In this document: positions 17,527-27,045 of the stretch, piece after piece
Layout of the letters: every line of letters begins with the position of its first letter
Numbering within the stretch: the stretch's first letter is position 1
DNA from: Gemmatimonadota bacterium
Lineage (GTDB): Bacteria > Gemmatimonadota > Gemmatimonadetes > Gemmatimonadales > GWC2-71-9
Assembly: GCA_039586365.1 (NCBI GenBank)
Contig: JBDHKN010000036.1
Coordinates: 1,886-65,885 of the forward strand
Length of the DNA stretch: 64,000 nucleotides
Direction: 5' to 3'
Position numbers and translations under genes: made by a program
Notes under the pieces: generated by a model
The model's database searches: none
What the model was told of the DNA's origin: nothing
Seen by the model: only the letters and a program-made list of their open reading frames with translations

Positions 17527-18242
17527 ACTCCGAGGCCGGCAAGTAGCTCCTTCGTTACGAAAAAGCCCCCGGCCCCCAAGAAGAACGCCACTGGCAAACC
17601 CCAGCCTCTCTTCCCCTGGAACTCGGGAACGAGGTTCGACGCTGCGACGTAAATTGTGACGCCCGCCGATAGAGCCAGCCCATGAGCCGCCAAGAAAGTC
17701 ACGCTGTCGGTCACCAAGACTCCTGCCACCGTTGCCGCTCCAAGTAGCGCTGCACTGCCCACAGCCCGACTCGGATCGGTACCACCAGCGATCTGGATGC
17801 TCGCGATGGTAACGCCTTCGGGTAGTTTGTGAAGCAAGATCGCCAGAAACACTAGGATACCGAGCTGCTGGCTCACGGCGAATCCGCTGGCTATGGCCAC
17901 CCCGTCGAAAAAAGTGTGGAGCAGCAGCCCGATCAGAGCCGTCACGCCCGCCTGGTGGGTGACCCTGTGGGTCTCCTCCCCAAAATGAAAATGCTCGGTA
18001 GCCGTATGCTGCGATAAGTGAACCAAGAGGTATCCAAGCAACACAAATAGCGCAGCCTGCCTCCCACCCATTTCGAACGCCTCTGGCAGCACTTCAGCCA
18101 GGGCCACGGACAGCATGAATCCAGCACCGAAGGCCACGCACCCGGAGATGAGTCTGAGGCCGAGCTTAGCCCCCCTCGCAACGACAAACCCGCCGGCGAC
18201 GTTGCCCAGGGCGGCGATGACAGCGTAGGTTAGGGCAGTCAT
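17523..18242 (-). CDS. ZIP-family divalent metal transporter
   Basis: It has about 8 TM helices, a HFHFGEETH loop and LHKLPEGVTIAS. ATGA overlaps occur at both ends. Confidence 0.9.
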   Translation of the reverse strand: MTALTYAVIAALGNVAGGFVVARGAKLGLRLISGCVAFGAGFMLSVALAEVLPEAFEMGGRQAALFVLLGYLLVHLSQHTATEHFHFGEETHRVTHQAGVTALIGLLLHTFFDGVAIASGFAVSQQLGILVFLAILLHKLPEGVTIASIQIAGGTDPSRAVGSAALLGAATVAGVLVTDSVTFLAAHGLALSAGVTIYVAASNLVPEFQGKRGWGLPVAFFLGAGGFFVTKELLAGLGV

Positions 18243-19495
18243 GCCTGATCGCCTCCGCCGTCCCCAGGGAACGGAGAGCTAGGAACGGTACCGGACGTCA
18301 CCAGCTCCTGCGCAATACCGAGAAGCAAGGGCTTGGTGTTGCGGGCTGGTTCCTCGATCACCTTGTCCAGCAACGCACGGAGGATGTTCCCCACCTCAGG
18401 TCCCTGAGGGATACCCATCTCCACGAGGTCATCTCCTCTCACGGCTAGATCATGGATTTCCAGCGGCGCTCCTGCAATCCGCACGTTCTCGACTGCTGCG
18501 CGGAGGTCCTCACCGCGTCCCTCAGCAACCGCGATCCTCAACACATCATCCACAGCTGACCCAGCCTTTGACATCCAGCGGCGCACTTCCACCGCCGAAC
18601 CTGGATCGGGCATGGTGCCCTTGAACTCTGCGATCATCCCTCCTCTCACAATCTCGGCATTTGAGCACCTGAGCCGGGTGAGTGTAGTCGCGGCGTCGTC
18701 CGATAAATATGCCGTTATGAGCACCGGATCTGGCTGTTCAAAACGATCCACGACAGCCAAGTAATCCAGCCACCGAGTCTCCCCCTTCCTCGCCAACTCC
18801 TCAAGCCATATTCTGAGAGCTCCGACCCGACTCCACATCTCAACGAACTCGCTTACTTTCCGGGCACCTTGAATCCCCTTGAACCACTCTTCCCTCACTC
18901 GCTCCGCCGACAGATATTGCAGGCCTACAACATTCCCCTTGGCAGCATCCCACGTAAGGTCCTCGATCCTGAATCCGAACCGGGAGGCAAAACGGAGTGC
19001 GCGCATTATCCGGAGGTAGTCTTCTCGGAACCGCTGTGTCGGGTCACCGACTGCACGGATGGTGCGCGCTGCGAGATCGGCTGCTCCGTCAAACGGATCC
19101 CGCCAATCGTACCGTAGCGGATGGTGGGCGATTGCGTTGATAGTGAAGTCGCGCCGGGCCAAGTCTTCCTCGATTGACACACCGAACTCCACCACTGCGT
19201 GGCGCCCGTCAGTCTTCACGTCGCGACGAAACGTCGTCACTTCATGGGGTTGGCTGTTCCTGTCTAGGACCGCCACCGTACCGTGCTCAAGACCGACGGG
19301 GATTGTGCGCCGGAACAACTTGCGGATCTCGGCCGGGGTGGCCGCAGTGGCTATGTCGAAGTCCCTGCTCTCGTAGCCCAAGAGGTTGTCACGGACGGCT
19401 CCACCGACGCACCAGGTCTCGAACCCCGCACTTTCCAACCTCCTGGCTATGCGGAGTACCTCCTCAGGAATCGGGAGACGGGAAGGAAACGCCAC
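18239..19495 (-). CDS. cca: CCA tRNA nucleotidyltransferase / poly(A) polymerase family
   Basis: Starts at GTG 19495. Motifs are CVGGAVRDNLLG, RDFDIAT, TFRRD and RDFTINA. Confidence 0.85.
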   Translation of the reverse strand: MAFPSRLPIPEEVLRIARRLESAGFETWCVGGAVRDNLLGYESRDFDIATAATPAEIRKLFRRTIPVGLEHGTVAVLDRNSQPHEVTTFRRDVKTDGRHAVVEFGVSIEEDLARRDFTINAIAHHPLRYDWRDPFDGAADLAARTIRAVGDPTQRFREDYLRIMRALRFASRFGFRIEDLTWDAAKGNVVGLQYLSAERVREEWFKGIQGARKVSEFVEMWSRVGALRIWLEELARKGETRWLDYLAVVDRFEQPDPVLITAYLSDDAATTLTRLRCSNAEIVRGGMIAEFKGTMPDPGSAVEVRRWMSKAGSAVDDVLRIAVAEGRGEDLRAAVENVRIAGAPLEIHDLAVRGDDLVEMGIPQGPEVGNILRALLDKVIEEPARNTKPLLLGIAQELVTSGTVPSSPFPGDGGGDQA

Positions 19496-19600
19496 CGTGT
19501 CACCCCACGCAAGGAGGGGAGACTAGGGAAGGATGCCTTCTCTGCAAGCGAAGGTACCGCTCTCTCGGAGACGTGCTCTTCCTCCCTACCGCTTCACGGC

Positions 19601-20458
19601 TCACCCGCAAAGCACCGCCCCCCCATTCACATTCAGAACCTCACCAGCGATGTGCCTGGCCAGATCGGAACAGAGGAACACAATCGGCCCGGCAATGTCC
19701 TCGGGACTCGCTACGCGACCCAGCGGGATCCCTTCCTCGATCTCCCGCTTCCCTATTCCCTTTTCCCTCCCAAACGGAATGTCGCACATCTCCGTGTCTA
19801 CCCACCCCGGCGCCACGGCGTTGACATTGATGCCGTACGGTGCGGCTTCTACCCCAAGCGACTTGACGAAAGCGTTTACCGCACCCTTGGTAGCTGCATA
19901 ATCAGCGTGGAAAGCCTCTCCCCGCTGAGAAGCGGTGCTCGAGACGATTACGATGCTACCGCCGCCGGACGGTCCGAGAATCGGACGGTCAGAAGTCACT
20001 CCCCTCTTTCCCAGCATCCCTTGCATTGCGGCTCGGCAGCCAAAGAACACCGAGTTCAGATTGACAGCCACTGTGGCACTCCATTGTTCGTCTGACATCT
20101 CTGCTACACCGACCTGTTCGGGCGGCCAAATACCCGCATTGGCAACGAAGATGTCGAGTTTTCCGAAGACCTTAACGACACGCTCCACCATTTGTTCGCA
20201 TTCCTCGCGCAATGAAACATCCGCACGGATCGCAATCGGCGAGCGGGCGTGCGCAATGCCAGCGGGTGGTGCCACTTCGGGCTCCCTACCCCCCCGAATT
20301 CGGTCAAGCACTTCCTCAGCAGCACCCACACGCGTTCGATAAGTGAGGGCTACTTCCGCTCCGGCCCTGGCGAGCAACAGTGCCGTGGCTGCCCCGATAC
20401 CGCGGGACCCACCGGTAACCAGCGCGACCTTGCCAGAAAGATCAATCAGTGACACCAC
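19601..20458 (-). CDS. SDR-family oxidoreductase (FabG-like) with two short insertions
   Basis: Starts at GTG 20458. Motifs are TGGSRGIG, NAG and the catalytic YAATK. Confidence 0.9.
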   Translation of the reverse strand: MVSLIDLSGKVALVTGGSRGIGAATALLLARAGAEVALTYRTRVGAAEEVLDRIRGGREPEVAPPAGIAHARSPIAIRADVSLREECEQMVERVVKVFGKLDIFVANAGIWPPEQVGVAEMSDEQWSATVAVNLNSVFFGCRAAMQGMLGKRGVTSDRPILGPSGGGSIVIVSSTASQRGEAFHADYAATKGAVNAFVKSLGVEAAPYGINVNAVAPGWVDTEMCDIPFGREKGIGKREIEEGIPLGRVASPEDIAGPIVFLCSDLARHIAGEVLNVNGGAVLCG

Positions 20459-20467
20459 AGTTCTCCG

Positions 20468-21232
20468 TCAGATCCTGATGATGTTCTTGAATCTGCTCCA
20501 GACACCTTCTCGGATCGCTACGGGGGGAACGGTTTCCATGGGCCGGTCCTCCAGTACAGAACGCGTGTTCTCCACCGTCAGTAATTGAGCTACCTCGGGC
20601 GATCCTTGCTGTGTGAGAAACTCGAAAGCCGCACTCAGGCTGCGCTGATCGCCATGATTGTCCGCTGCCAACACGTCCGCAGAGCCGAGCCTGACAATCT
20701 GTCTGGCCTTTCCAGCCCGCAGAGAGGAGCGAGTGAGCGTGGTAGCGTCGACTTGGATCTTCGCTCCCATTTCGCGCCATCTCGTTGCCGCGGTGGCACT
20801 GCACATACCGTATCGCTCCGGATGCGCCACCAAGGGTACGACACCCGCTTCGACGATCTGTTTGAGAGCAGCTTCGACCGATGCAGACGCCACTGACATG
20901 TAGAATTCTACGAGGTAATAGCGTGACCCCGCCAAGGCGAACCTACGATCGGATAGCGTCTCGTCGCTGATAGGCTGGTCCAACATTATTTCGAAGCCGA
21001 GGTGCAAACGTGGTCTTTCGGGAACCTCACGCCTAAGTAGCGCGAAAGCTACGTCGCGTCGCTCTAACTCATCCTCTGGATCAATGGCCAAGTCGCTCGC
21101 TCTAACATGAGGGGTTAGCACCACGTCAGTGATCCCCTGCTGGGCGAACTTCTCTAGCACAGCGAGCGACCGTTCGACGGATTGGGAGCCGTCGTCGATG
21201 TTGGGGAGAAGGTGGGAATGGATGTCGATCAA
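20468..21232 (-). CDS. PHP-domain protein-tyrosine phosphatase, CpsB/YwqE type
   Basis: IDIHSHLLPNIDDGSQS is the canonical N-terminus. I prefer TTG 21232, giving MIDIHSH with GAAGGG upstream. The ORF remains open up to 21307. Confidence 0.85.
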   Translation of the reverse strand: MIDIHSHLLPNIDDGSQSVERSLAVLEKFAQQGITDVVLTPHVRASDLAIDPEDELERRDVAFALLRREVPERPRLHLGFEIMLDQPISDETLSDRRFALAGSRYYLVEFYMSVASASVEAALKQIVEAGVVPLVAHPERYGMCSATAATRWREMGAKIQVDATTLTRSSLRAGKARQIVRLGSADVLAADNHGDQRSLSAAFEFLTQQGSPEVAQLLTVENTRSVLEDRPMETVPPVAIREGVWSRFKNIIRI

Positions 21233-21341
21233 GAGCAGCAACCCTTCGCCAACACCACACACCACCGCAGCGGAACACCAGCACGGCAGCCCCACTGAAC
21301 CCAACACCCCCCCAGATCCATTGGCAGCGGCTTACAACGCC

Positions 21342-21632
21342 TCATAGTCCCGCCAGCATTTCCGGGCCCAACTCCGCGGCAGCCTCACAAGCATAAGTAA
21401 TCAGCGCATCCGCTGCCAGCAGAGTGATGGCAGTATCGTGCGTGGGTGGTCCCGCTCTAGCTTCTTCCAACAGCATCTCCGCGAAGGATCTGAGTGCATC
21501 CGGAATCGTCGCTCCACTGGCGGCATCCGTCTCGTGCCACCCATCTCCCACTATTGCCTCGAGTATCCGGGCGCGCAGCGACTCGGGAACTTGTGCGAGT
21601 CGCGGACTCAGCCAGCTCTCGAGATCAGTCAC
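21342..21632 (-). CDS. Hypothetical small acidic protein (96 aa)
   Basis: GTG 21632 overlaps the alaS stop (GTGA) and is preceded by GGAGGG. No family was recognised. Confidence 0.5.
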   Translation of the reverse strand: MTDLESWLSPRLAQVPESLRARILEAIVGDGWHETDAASGATIPDALRSFAEMLLEEARAGPPTHDTAITLLAADALITYACEAAAELGPEMLAGL

Positions 21633-24337
21633 CTTCCCTCCACGCCGAGCCACTCGGCGAGAACTGCCGCAGCTCTTTCGCGCGTCGCGGATAGCTTGGT
21701 CCGATCACCCACGCCACCAGATGCGAAATGCGGTCGGCCTCCACCTTTGCCTCCGCTGATTGCTGCAAGTCGATGCGCGTAGTCTCCCGCTTTCAGCCCC
21801 TGCGATACGAGATCGTCTGTAAGAGCCACATGCAACCCGGGTCGATCGCCACTAACGAATAGGACCATGACCGCGTGTCGGTTGTTGTCCCGGAAATTGT
21901 CTACGATCAACCCTATCTGAGCCCGATCCGACACTGGAGAATCGTCGATTACCAGCCTGATTTCACCAATCTGATGTTGCTCGGCCCCTGCTCCCGGTTC
22001 GCGGCTCCCGGCCCTCAGCAACTCCTCCAACTGCTTCTCCAGGCGTCGCTTCTCTTCCATCACAGCTTCAATCTTGCGCGTAACGTGATCGGGACTGGTG
22101 CGCAGAGCCTCCGCGGCCGACTCCACCCGCTCACTGAGCGTCTTGACGAAGGCATACGCACCAGGACCAGTGACCGCTTCGATGCGGCGGACGCCGGCAG
22201 CCACGCCAGTCTCATGAGTGAAATGGAATAGACCGATCTGTCCGGTAGTGCGCACGTGAGTGCCACCACACAACTCCAGAGAGATACCCGGCATATCCAC
22301 GACCCTGACTTCGTCCCCATATTTCTCGCCGAAGAGAGCCATGGCGCCGGCCGCCAGAGCTTCGCTGTAGGCCATTTTCCGGGTCTCCACTGGTGCATTC
22401 ACCCAGATGTTCCTGTTCACCTCGGCTTCCACCGCTGCAAGTTCCTCGTCTGTCACAGGAGCGTGGTGCGAGAAATCAAACCGCAACCTATCTGGACCCA
22501 CGACCGAACCAGCCTGCCGTACGTGCGTGCCGAGAATGTTGCGTAATGCCGCGTGTACCAGATGGGTCGCCGAGTGATTGCGTTCGATATCCCACCTGCG
22601 TGGCTCGTCAACCACCGCCAGAACATCCGTATGCTCAAATGGTCCTTCGTACGGACCCACGACCACGCTCTTGCCGTCCTCCTTGCGAACGGCTTCCACC
22701 GGCAACTCCCAGCCGCGCCCCTTCACAACTCCTGTATCGCTCACCTGGCCACCAGACTCGACGTAGAACGGGTTCTCCCGCAAGACCAAAGCGAGGCGGT
22801 CCTTCGTCTTGCTAAAAGCGATTATCTCCGTGTCAGCACGTGTCGTTCGGTAGCCGACAAACTTCTGCCTCACCCGGGGCAATACGCGCACGAACTTACC
22901 AACCCGCCTACCCTTGGTGTGCACAGCAGCGGCTTCACCTTGGAGACCAAAGTCCACTGCTTGGAACTCGCGCGACCGTCTTCTCTGGCGATCGAGCGCC
23001 TCTTCGAAGCCCGTTCGGTCTACCGACCAACCCCGCTCCCGAGCGATGAGTTCCGTCAGATCGATGGGAAAGCCGTAGGTGTCGTACAGCTTGAACGCCT
23101 CCTCACCCGAGATCGTCCCCGCTGGGCGAGTCATCAAAACGTCCAACCGCCCGAGGCCATCCCCGATCGTCGCCAGGAAGCGCTCCTCTTCGGCCTGCGT
23201 CACTTCTTTGATGTGCGAAGCGTGCTCCCTCAGCTCGGGAAACACGTCTCCCATCTTCTGAACCACAGTCTCTGCCATGTGGACCAGGGTAGGCTCCGTT
23301 CTTCCCAGCACATAAGCATGCCTTACAGCGCGCCGCAGGATGCGGCGCAGCACGTAGCCACGACCGTCATTGGCCGGATAAACCCCATCGGCAAGTAAGA
23401 ACGCCACCGCCCGAGCATGGTCTGCCAGCACCCGGTAGCCCACGCCCTTTGGTCCCCGATCATACGGAATGCCAACAACGTCCTCGCCACGTTTGATGAT
23501 CTCCATGAACAGATCGGTATCGAAGTTCGACGGAACACCTTGCATCACCGCGGCGATTCTCTCTAGGCCAGCCCCTGTATCCACTGATGGAGCGGGGAGC
23601 GGGGAGCGAGAGCCGTCAGGGGCCTGGTCGAACTGCATAAAGACCAAGTTCCAGATCTCCATGAGGTGACCGGACTCGGCCAGTTCGACGAAATGATCCA
23701 AAGAGAGATCCCCAGAGACTGCGTCGCTCTGCCGTGGTTCTGTGGGCGGCGAGACCGCTGTGGCGAGGGGTGGAACATCCCGACCTCGCCTGTGTCGGAT
23801 ATCGACATAGATCTCCGAGCATGGCCCACACGGTCCGGTATCTCCCATTTGCCAGAAGTTGTCCTTGTCCCCCAGCCCGTAGATCCGCGAGTCACTGATA
23901 CCGGTTACCTCGCCCCACAGCTTGCGCGCTTCGTTATCAGTGTGATGCACGGACACGTACAAGCGGTCGGGATCGATACCGAGATACTCTTCACTCGTGA
24001 CCCACTCCCAACCGAACTCGATGGCTTCCCGCTTGAAGTAGTCGCCAAACGAGAAGTTCCCAAGCATCTCGAAGAAGGTGTGATGCCGCGCAGTGTGCCC
24101 CACCTCCTCGAGATCGTTGTGCTTACCGCCCGCCCGCACACATTTCTGGTAGGTGACGGCGCGACGGTAATCGCGTTTTTCCAAGCCCTGGAACGCTTTC
24201 TTGAACTGTACCATGCCGGCGTTGGTGAACAACAACGTCGGATCGTCCGCTGGCACGAGCGAGGCTGACTCCACGTGGGTGTGGCCGCGCGACTTGAAGA
24301 AATCGACGAATGACTTGCGGATATTGGATGCGTTCAT
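21629..24337 (-). CDS. alaS: Alanine--tRNA ligase
   Basis: The conserved N-terminus MNASNIRKSFVDFFKSRGH is at ATG 24337, so the upstream 56 codons of the long ORF were rejected. Motifs include FTNAGM, the editing-domain HSATHL and a C-terminal DHHA1-like GGKGGGRP. Confidence 0.97.
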   Translation of the reverse strand: MNASNIRKSFVDFFKSRGHTHVESASLVPADDPTLLFTNAGMVQFKKAFQGLEKRDYRRAVTYQKCVRAGGKHNDLEEVGHTARHHTFFEMLGNFSFGDYFKREAIEFGWEWVTSEEYLGIDPDRLYVSVHHTDNEARKLWGEVTGISDSRIYGLGDKDNFWQMGDTGPCGPCSEIYVDIRHRRGRDVPPLATAVSPPTEPRQSDAVSGDLSLDHFVELAESGHLMEIWNLVFMQFDQAPDGSRSPLPAPSVDTGAGLERIAAVMQGVPSNFDTDLFMEIIKRGEDVVGIPYDRGPKGVGYRVLADHARAVAFLLADGVYPANDGRGYVLRRILRRAVRHAYVLGRTEPTLVHMAETVVQKMGDVFPELREHASHIKEVTQAEEERFLATIGDGLGRLDVLMTRPAGTISGEEAFKLYDTYGFPIDLTELIARERGWSVDRTGFEEALDRQRRRSREFQAVDFGLQGEAAAVHTKGRRVGKFVRVLPRVRQKFVGYRTTRADTEIIAFSKTKDRLALVLRENPFYVESGGQVSDTGVVKGRGWELPVEAVRKEDGKSVVVGPYEGPFEHTDVLAVVDEPRRWDIERNHSATHLVHAALRNILGTHVRQAGSVVGPDRLRFDFSHHAPVTDEELAAVEAEVNRNIWVNAPVETRKMAYSEALAAGAMALFGEKYGDEVRVVDMPGISLELCGGTHVRTTGQIGLFHFTHETGVAAGVRRIEAVTGPGAYAFVKTLSERVESAAEALRTSPDHVTRKIEAVMEEKRRLEKQLEELLRAGSREPGAGAEQHQIGEIRLVIDDSPVSDRAQIGLIVDNFRDNNRHAVMVLFVSGDRPGLHVALTDDLVSQGLKAGDYAHRLAAISGGKGGGRPHFASGGVGDRTKLSATRERAAAVLAEWLGVEGR

Positions 24338-24573
24338 AACCTTGTAAGGTAACCCTCGCCACCTGGAGGGCCCAAGCCTGGGAGCGAGGACTGCCACACT
24401 CCCACCCAGCAGCTTCTGCTTGATTCGTAGAATCCATCGGAGTTCGCCAGACTCACACCGACCTCCTACCGTCGAGAACCCAGTCCAGGGTATCGGGCCC
24501 CCCACGGATCAGCAGTGTGGAGATCTCAGCAAACGCTGAGCCTGCCCCCTACTTCTGGGCATTCCCCTGCCCC

Positions 24574-25233
24574 CTACTCTCTGCTCCCCGCTCCTTCAAT
24601 TACCTCATCCACCATCTCCCTCACTTCATATCCCCGATACCCACGTCTCGCCAGGTATCCGAGTAGCCTCTGTTTCATCTTTTGCGGGGTCAAACCACCC
24701 AGCTGACCCACTCGTTTCTCCGCCAGTGCCCTTGCCGCCAGTTGGATGTTAATCGCTTCCTGATCGACAACGGTGTCGATGGCGCGTTCCGCAACTCGTC
24801 GGTCAACGCCTTTGGCAAGGAGATCGGTGAGTATCCGGACCGGACCGTGTACTCGCTCCAGCCTCACCCGAGCAAAGTGACGGGCGAACTCCGAGTCGTC
24901 GAGGATCCCTTTGGACTCGAGGCGCCCTACAGCCTCGGCGGCGGCCGACGGGTTGTGGCCGCGGTCCCTGAGCTTGCGAAGCAACTCGTTAACGCCGCGT
25001 GGCCGGGCGGCGAGCAGGCGGATTGCTACGCGGTAGGCAGACTCCACTTCGGCAATCCGCGAGAGCCGCTCATACTGATCCGACCCGAGTTCCAGATCGA
25101 CCTCAACACCCAAGGCAGTCACGACCTCGGCCGGCAAGGTCGCAAACCTCGCCCCATTGAGCTCGATGATCAGGTTGCCGGGGATCCTCTTATCGGGACG
25201 GAGATCGGTGATGTGGAACGTGGGCATCAACAT
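24574..25233 (-). CDS. recX: Recombination regulator RecX
   Basis: It lies downstream of recA. It has three-helix repeats with YRVAIRLLAARPRGVNEL and LLGYLARRGY. Confidence 0.9.
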   Translation of the reverse strand: MLMPTFHITDLRPDKRIPGNLIIELNGARFATLPAEVVTALGVEVDLELGSDQYERLSRIAEVESAYRVAIRLLAARPRGVNELLRKLRDRGHNPSAAAEAVGRLESKGILDDSEFARHFARVRLERVHGPVRILTDLLAKGVDRRVAERAIDTVVDQEAINIQLAARALAEKRVGQLGGLTPQKMKQRLLGYLARRGYRGYEVREMVDEVIEGAGSRE

Positions 25234-25395
25234 GACGCAGTACGAGGTGTCAACTCGGGCGCATGCGGTGGCGTGAATTAGGCCAACAACTGCAGCACGT
25301 TAAGATCGGCGATGAAAAGTCCGTCGGCCTTGTCGTACGAAGCTGGCTCCAAGTGCCAGCCTGAGGTTCACCGACACTGTCTGGCACCGTCTCTC

Positions 25396-26484
25396 CTACG
25401 ACTCGACTTCGGATTCCGGGCGCTTGCCTTGTTCGTCGTGAGTTTCCCCGCCAACAGCAATTCCCAGGAAATCCTTCACCTTACCCTCGATCTCGTCCGC
25501 CATTGAGGTGTGGTCCTTCAGAAACAGCTTCGCGTTCTCCCGACCCTGCCCGATTCGTTCCTTGCCGTATGAGTACCACGCACCGCTCTTCTCGATGATC
25601 CCTGCTTCTACACCAATGTCGACTAGCAACGAGCTGTGGCTGATGCCTTCTGCGAACATGATGTCGAATTCGGCCTGTCGAAAAGGTGGAGCCACCTTGT
25701 TCTTCACCACTTTCACCCTCACCTTGCTGCCAGTAATCTCGTCTCGTTCCTTCACGGGACCGATCCGTCGGACATCCAAACGCACTGATGAGTAGAACTT
25801 GAGTGCGCGCCCCCCGGTTGTGGTCTCGGGATTGCCAAACATCACACCGATTTTTTCTCGCAGCTGATTGATGAAGACTACCGATGTGCGTGACCGATTG
25901 ATGCTCCCAGCGAGCTTCCTCAGAGCCTGCGACATCAGCCTCGCTTGGAGCCCAACATGAGCATCACCCATGTCCCCTTCAATCTCCGCTTTGGGAACGA
26001 GAGCCGCTACCGAGTCCACGACGATGACATCGACGGCACCAGAACGCACCAAGATCTCCGCAATCTCCAGGGCCTCTTCCCCGGTGTCGGGCTGGGACAC
26101 GAGCAGGTTGTCAAGATCGACACCCAACCTCTTGGCGTACTCGACATCGAGAGCGTGCTCAGCGTCGATGAAGGCCGCAACGCCACCCAAACGTTGGGCG
26201 TTAGCAGCGACATGCAGAGCTAACGTGGTCTTGCCAGAGGACTCGGGTCCGTAGATCTCGGTTATCCGACCGCGCGGAACCCCTCCCACACCGATGGCCG
26301 CGTCGAGATTCATGGCACCCGTGGGAATTGCGTCTACCTTGACCCGCGCACTCTCCTGTCCCATGCGCATAATCGAGCCCTTGCCGATCATCTTCTCGAT
26401 CTGCGTGATGGCTAGGTTCAGAGCCTTACGGCGGTCCTCACTGAGTCCGGAGGCCATTTGGTCTTCAGGTTGTTTCACGGGCAT
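25396..26484 (-). CDS. recA: Recombinase RecA
   Basis: Motifs are [30 protein letters not shown] and [21 protein letters not shown]. Confidence 0.98.
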   Translation of the reverse strand: MPVKQPEDQMASGLSEDRRKALNLAITQIEKMIGKGSIMRMGQESARVKVDAIPTGAMNLDAAIGVGGVPRGRITEIYGPESSGKTTLALHVAANAQRLGGVAAFIDAEHALDVEYAKRLGVDLDNLLVSQPDTGEEALEIAEILVRSGAVDVIVVDSVAALVPKAEIEGDMGDAHVGLQARLMSQALRKLAGSINRSRTSVVFINQLREKIGVMFGNPETTTGGRALKFYSSVRLDVRRIGPVKERDEITGSKVRVKVVKNKVAPPFRQAEFDIMFAEGISHSSLLVDIGVEAGIIEKSGAWYSYGKERIGQGRENAKLFLKDHTSMADEIEGKVKDFLGIAVGGETHDEQGKRPESEVES

Positions 26485-26548
26485 GATTCCTCACCATGGT
26501 GATCATTCCAACCTCTTAGCTGTTACCGAATATAGACCGAACACAGTC

Positions 26549-26950
26549 TTATCGCCACCCGGGTGTGAATGCGTCCTCCACGTGCTCAATCTCAGCCTTG
26601 CCACCCCACGACATGGTCACGCCGATCACATCGAACCGGTAAGCGTCCTCTGGTTGCCCGTGTCGCTCCACCCATCCTCGTGCCACCCGTGCTATCTCCC
26701 GTTTCTTGGTCCAAGTTATGGCTTCCAGCGGGCTCCCGAAGGCAGTTCCACATCGGGTCTTGACTTCAACGAAGGCCACTAGCGATCCCCTGCGAGCAAT
26801 GAGATCGACCTCGAGGCGGCCAAGGCGAAATCGATGGGCGACCACCATCCAACCTTGGGACCGGAGATAGGCCTTAGCTACCTCCTCTCCCTCAAATCCA
26901 CGCCGATGCCGCGGATCAGACCAGGTTGACGGATCTGATTTGAGGGCCAT
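26549..26950 (-). CDS. yraN: YraN-family (UPF0102) endonuclease
   Basis: The motif is G...A..YL...G......R.R.GRLEVDLIA......VAFVEVKTR. Confidence 0.9.
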   Translation of the reverse strand: MALKSDPSTWSDPRHRRGFEGEEVAKAYLRSQGWMVVAHRFRLGRLEVDLIARRGSLVAFVEVKTRCGTAFGSPLEAITWTKKREIARVARGWVERHGQPEDAYRFDVIGVTMSWGGKAEIEHVEDAFTPGWR

Positions 26951-27045
26951 GCAGGACTATATACCGAAGTCGACCTAACTGGCTAGGCATCTTAGCGCTC
27001 CCTGAATCAGAAATCTGCAGACCCGTCGGCAGGCCTCCCCCGCCA

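Noticed and set aside
22553-23398. A 281-aa ORF antisense to alaS. Many similar 60-270-aa ORFs are antisense or out of frame to real genes, for example 6367-7110, 9490-10113, 19283-20095, 30436-31263, 36058-36792, 36866-37579, 42615-43262 and 62032-62694.
   Set aside because: Their translations are Arg/Pro/Ser/Gly-rich and carry no recognisable motifs. They lie entirely inside well-supported conserved genes. Long spurious antisense ORFs are expected at this GC content.
24338-24505. N-terminal extensions suggested by the longest ORFs: alaS (to 24505), efp (to 33824), pilT (to 32705), hutU (to 46954), lptD (to 51260), tolQ (to 56809), the LysM protein (to 59205), ssb (to 59626), tsaB (to 60777), tsaE (to 61004) and the ydjC-like gene (to 15986).
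   Set aside because: In each case the conserved family N-terminus begins at an internal start with a better SD or a 1-8-nt overlap with the upstream stop codon. The extension is Arg-rich and overlaps the upstream gene.
24338-24573. The 236-nt alaS upstream gap, checked for a T-box or other leader and for a tRNA.
   Set aside because: I found no T-box consensus, specifier-loop architecture or terminator/antiterminator pair. Only a 6-bp hairpin (ctcagc-aaac-gctgag, around 24524-24539) without a U-tract is present.
26951-27045. A possible ftsK terminator (CTGCCGAC/GTCTGCAG) and a leaderless-type TATATA box 7 nt before the yraN ATG.
   Set aside because: The hairpin arms are separated by only 2 nt, so the stem cannot form as drawn. 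No acceptable -35 element precedes the TATATA. The evidence is too weak to call.
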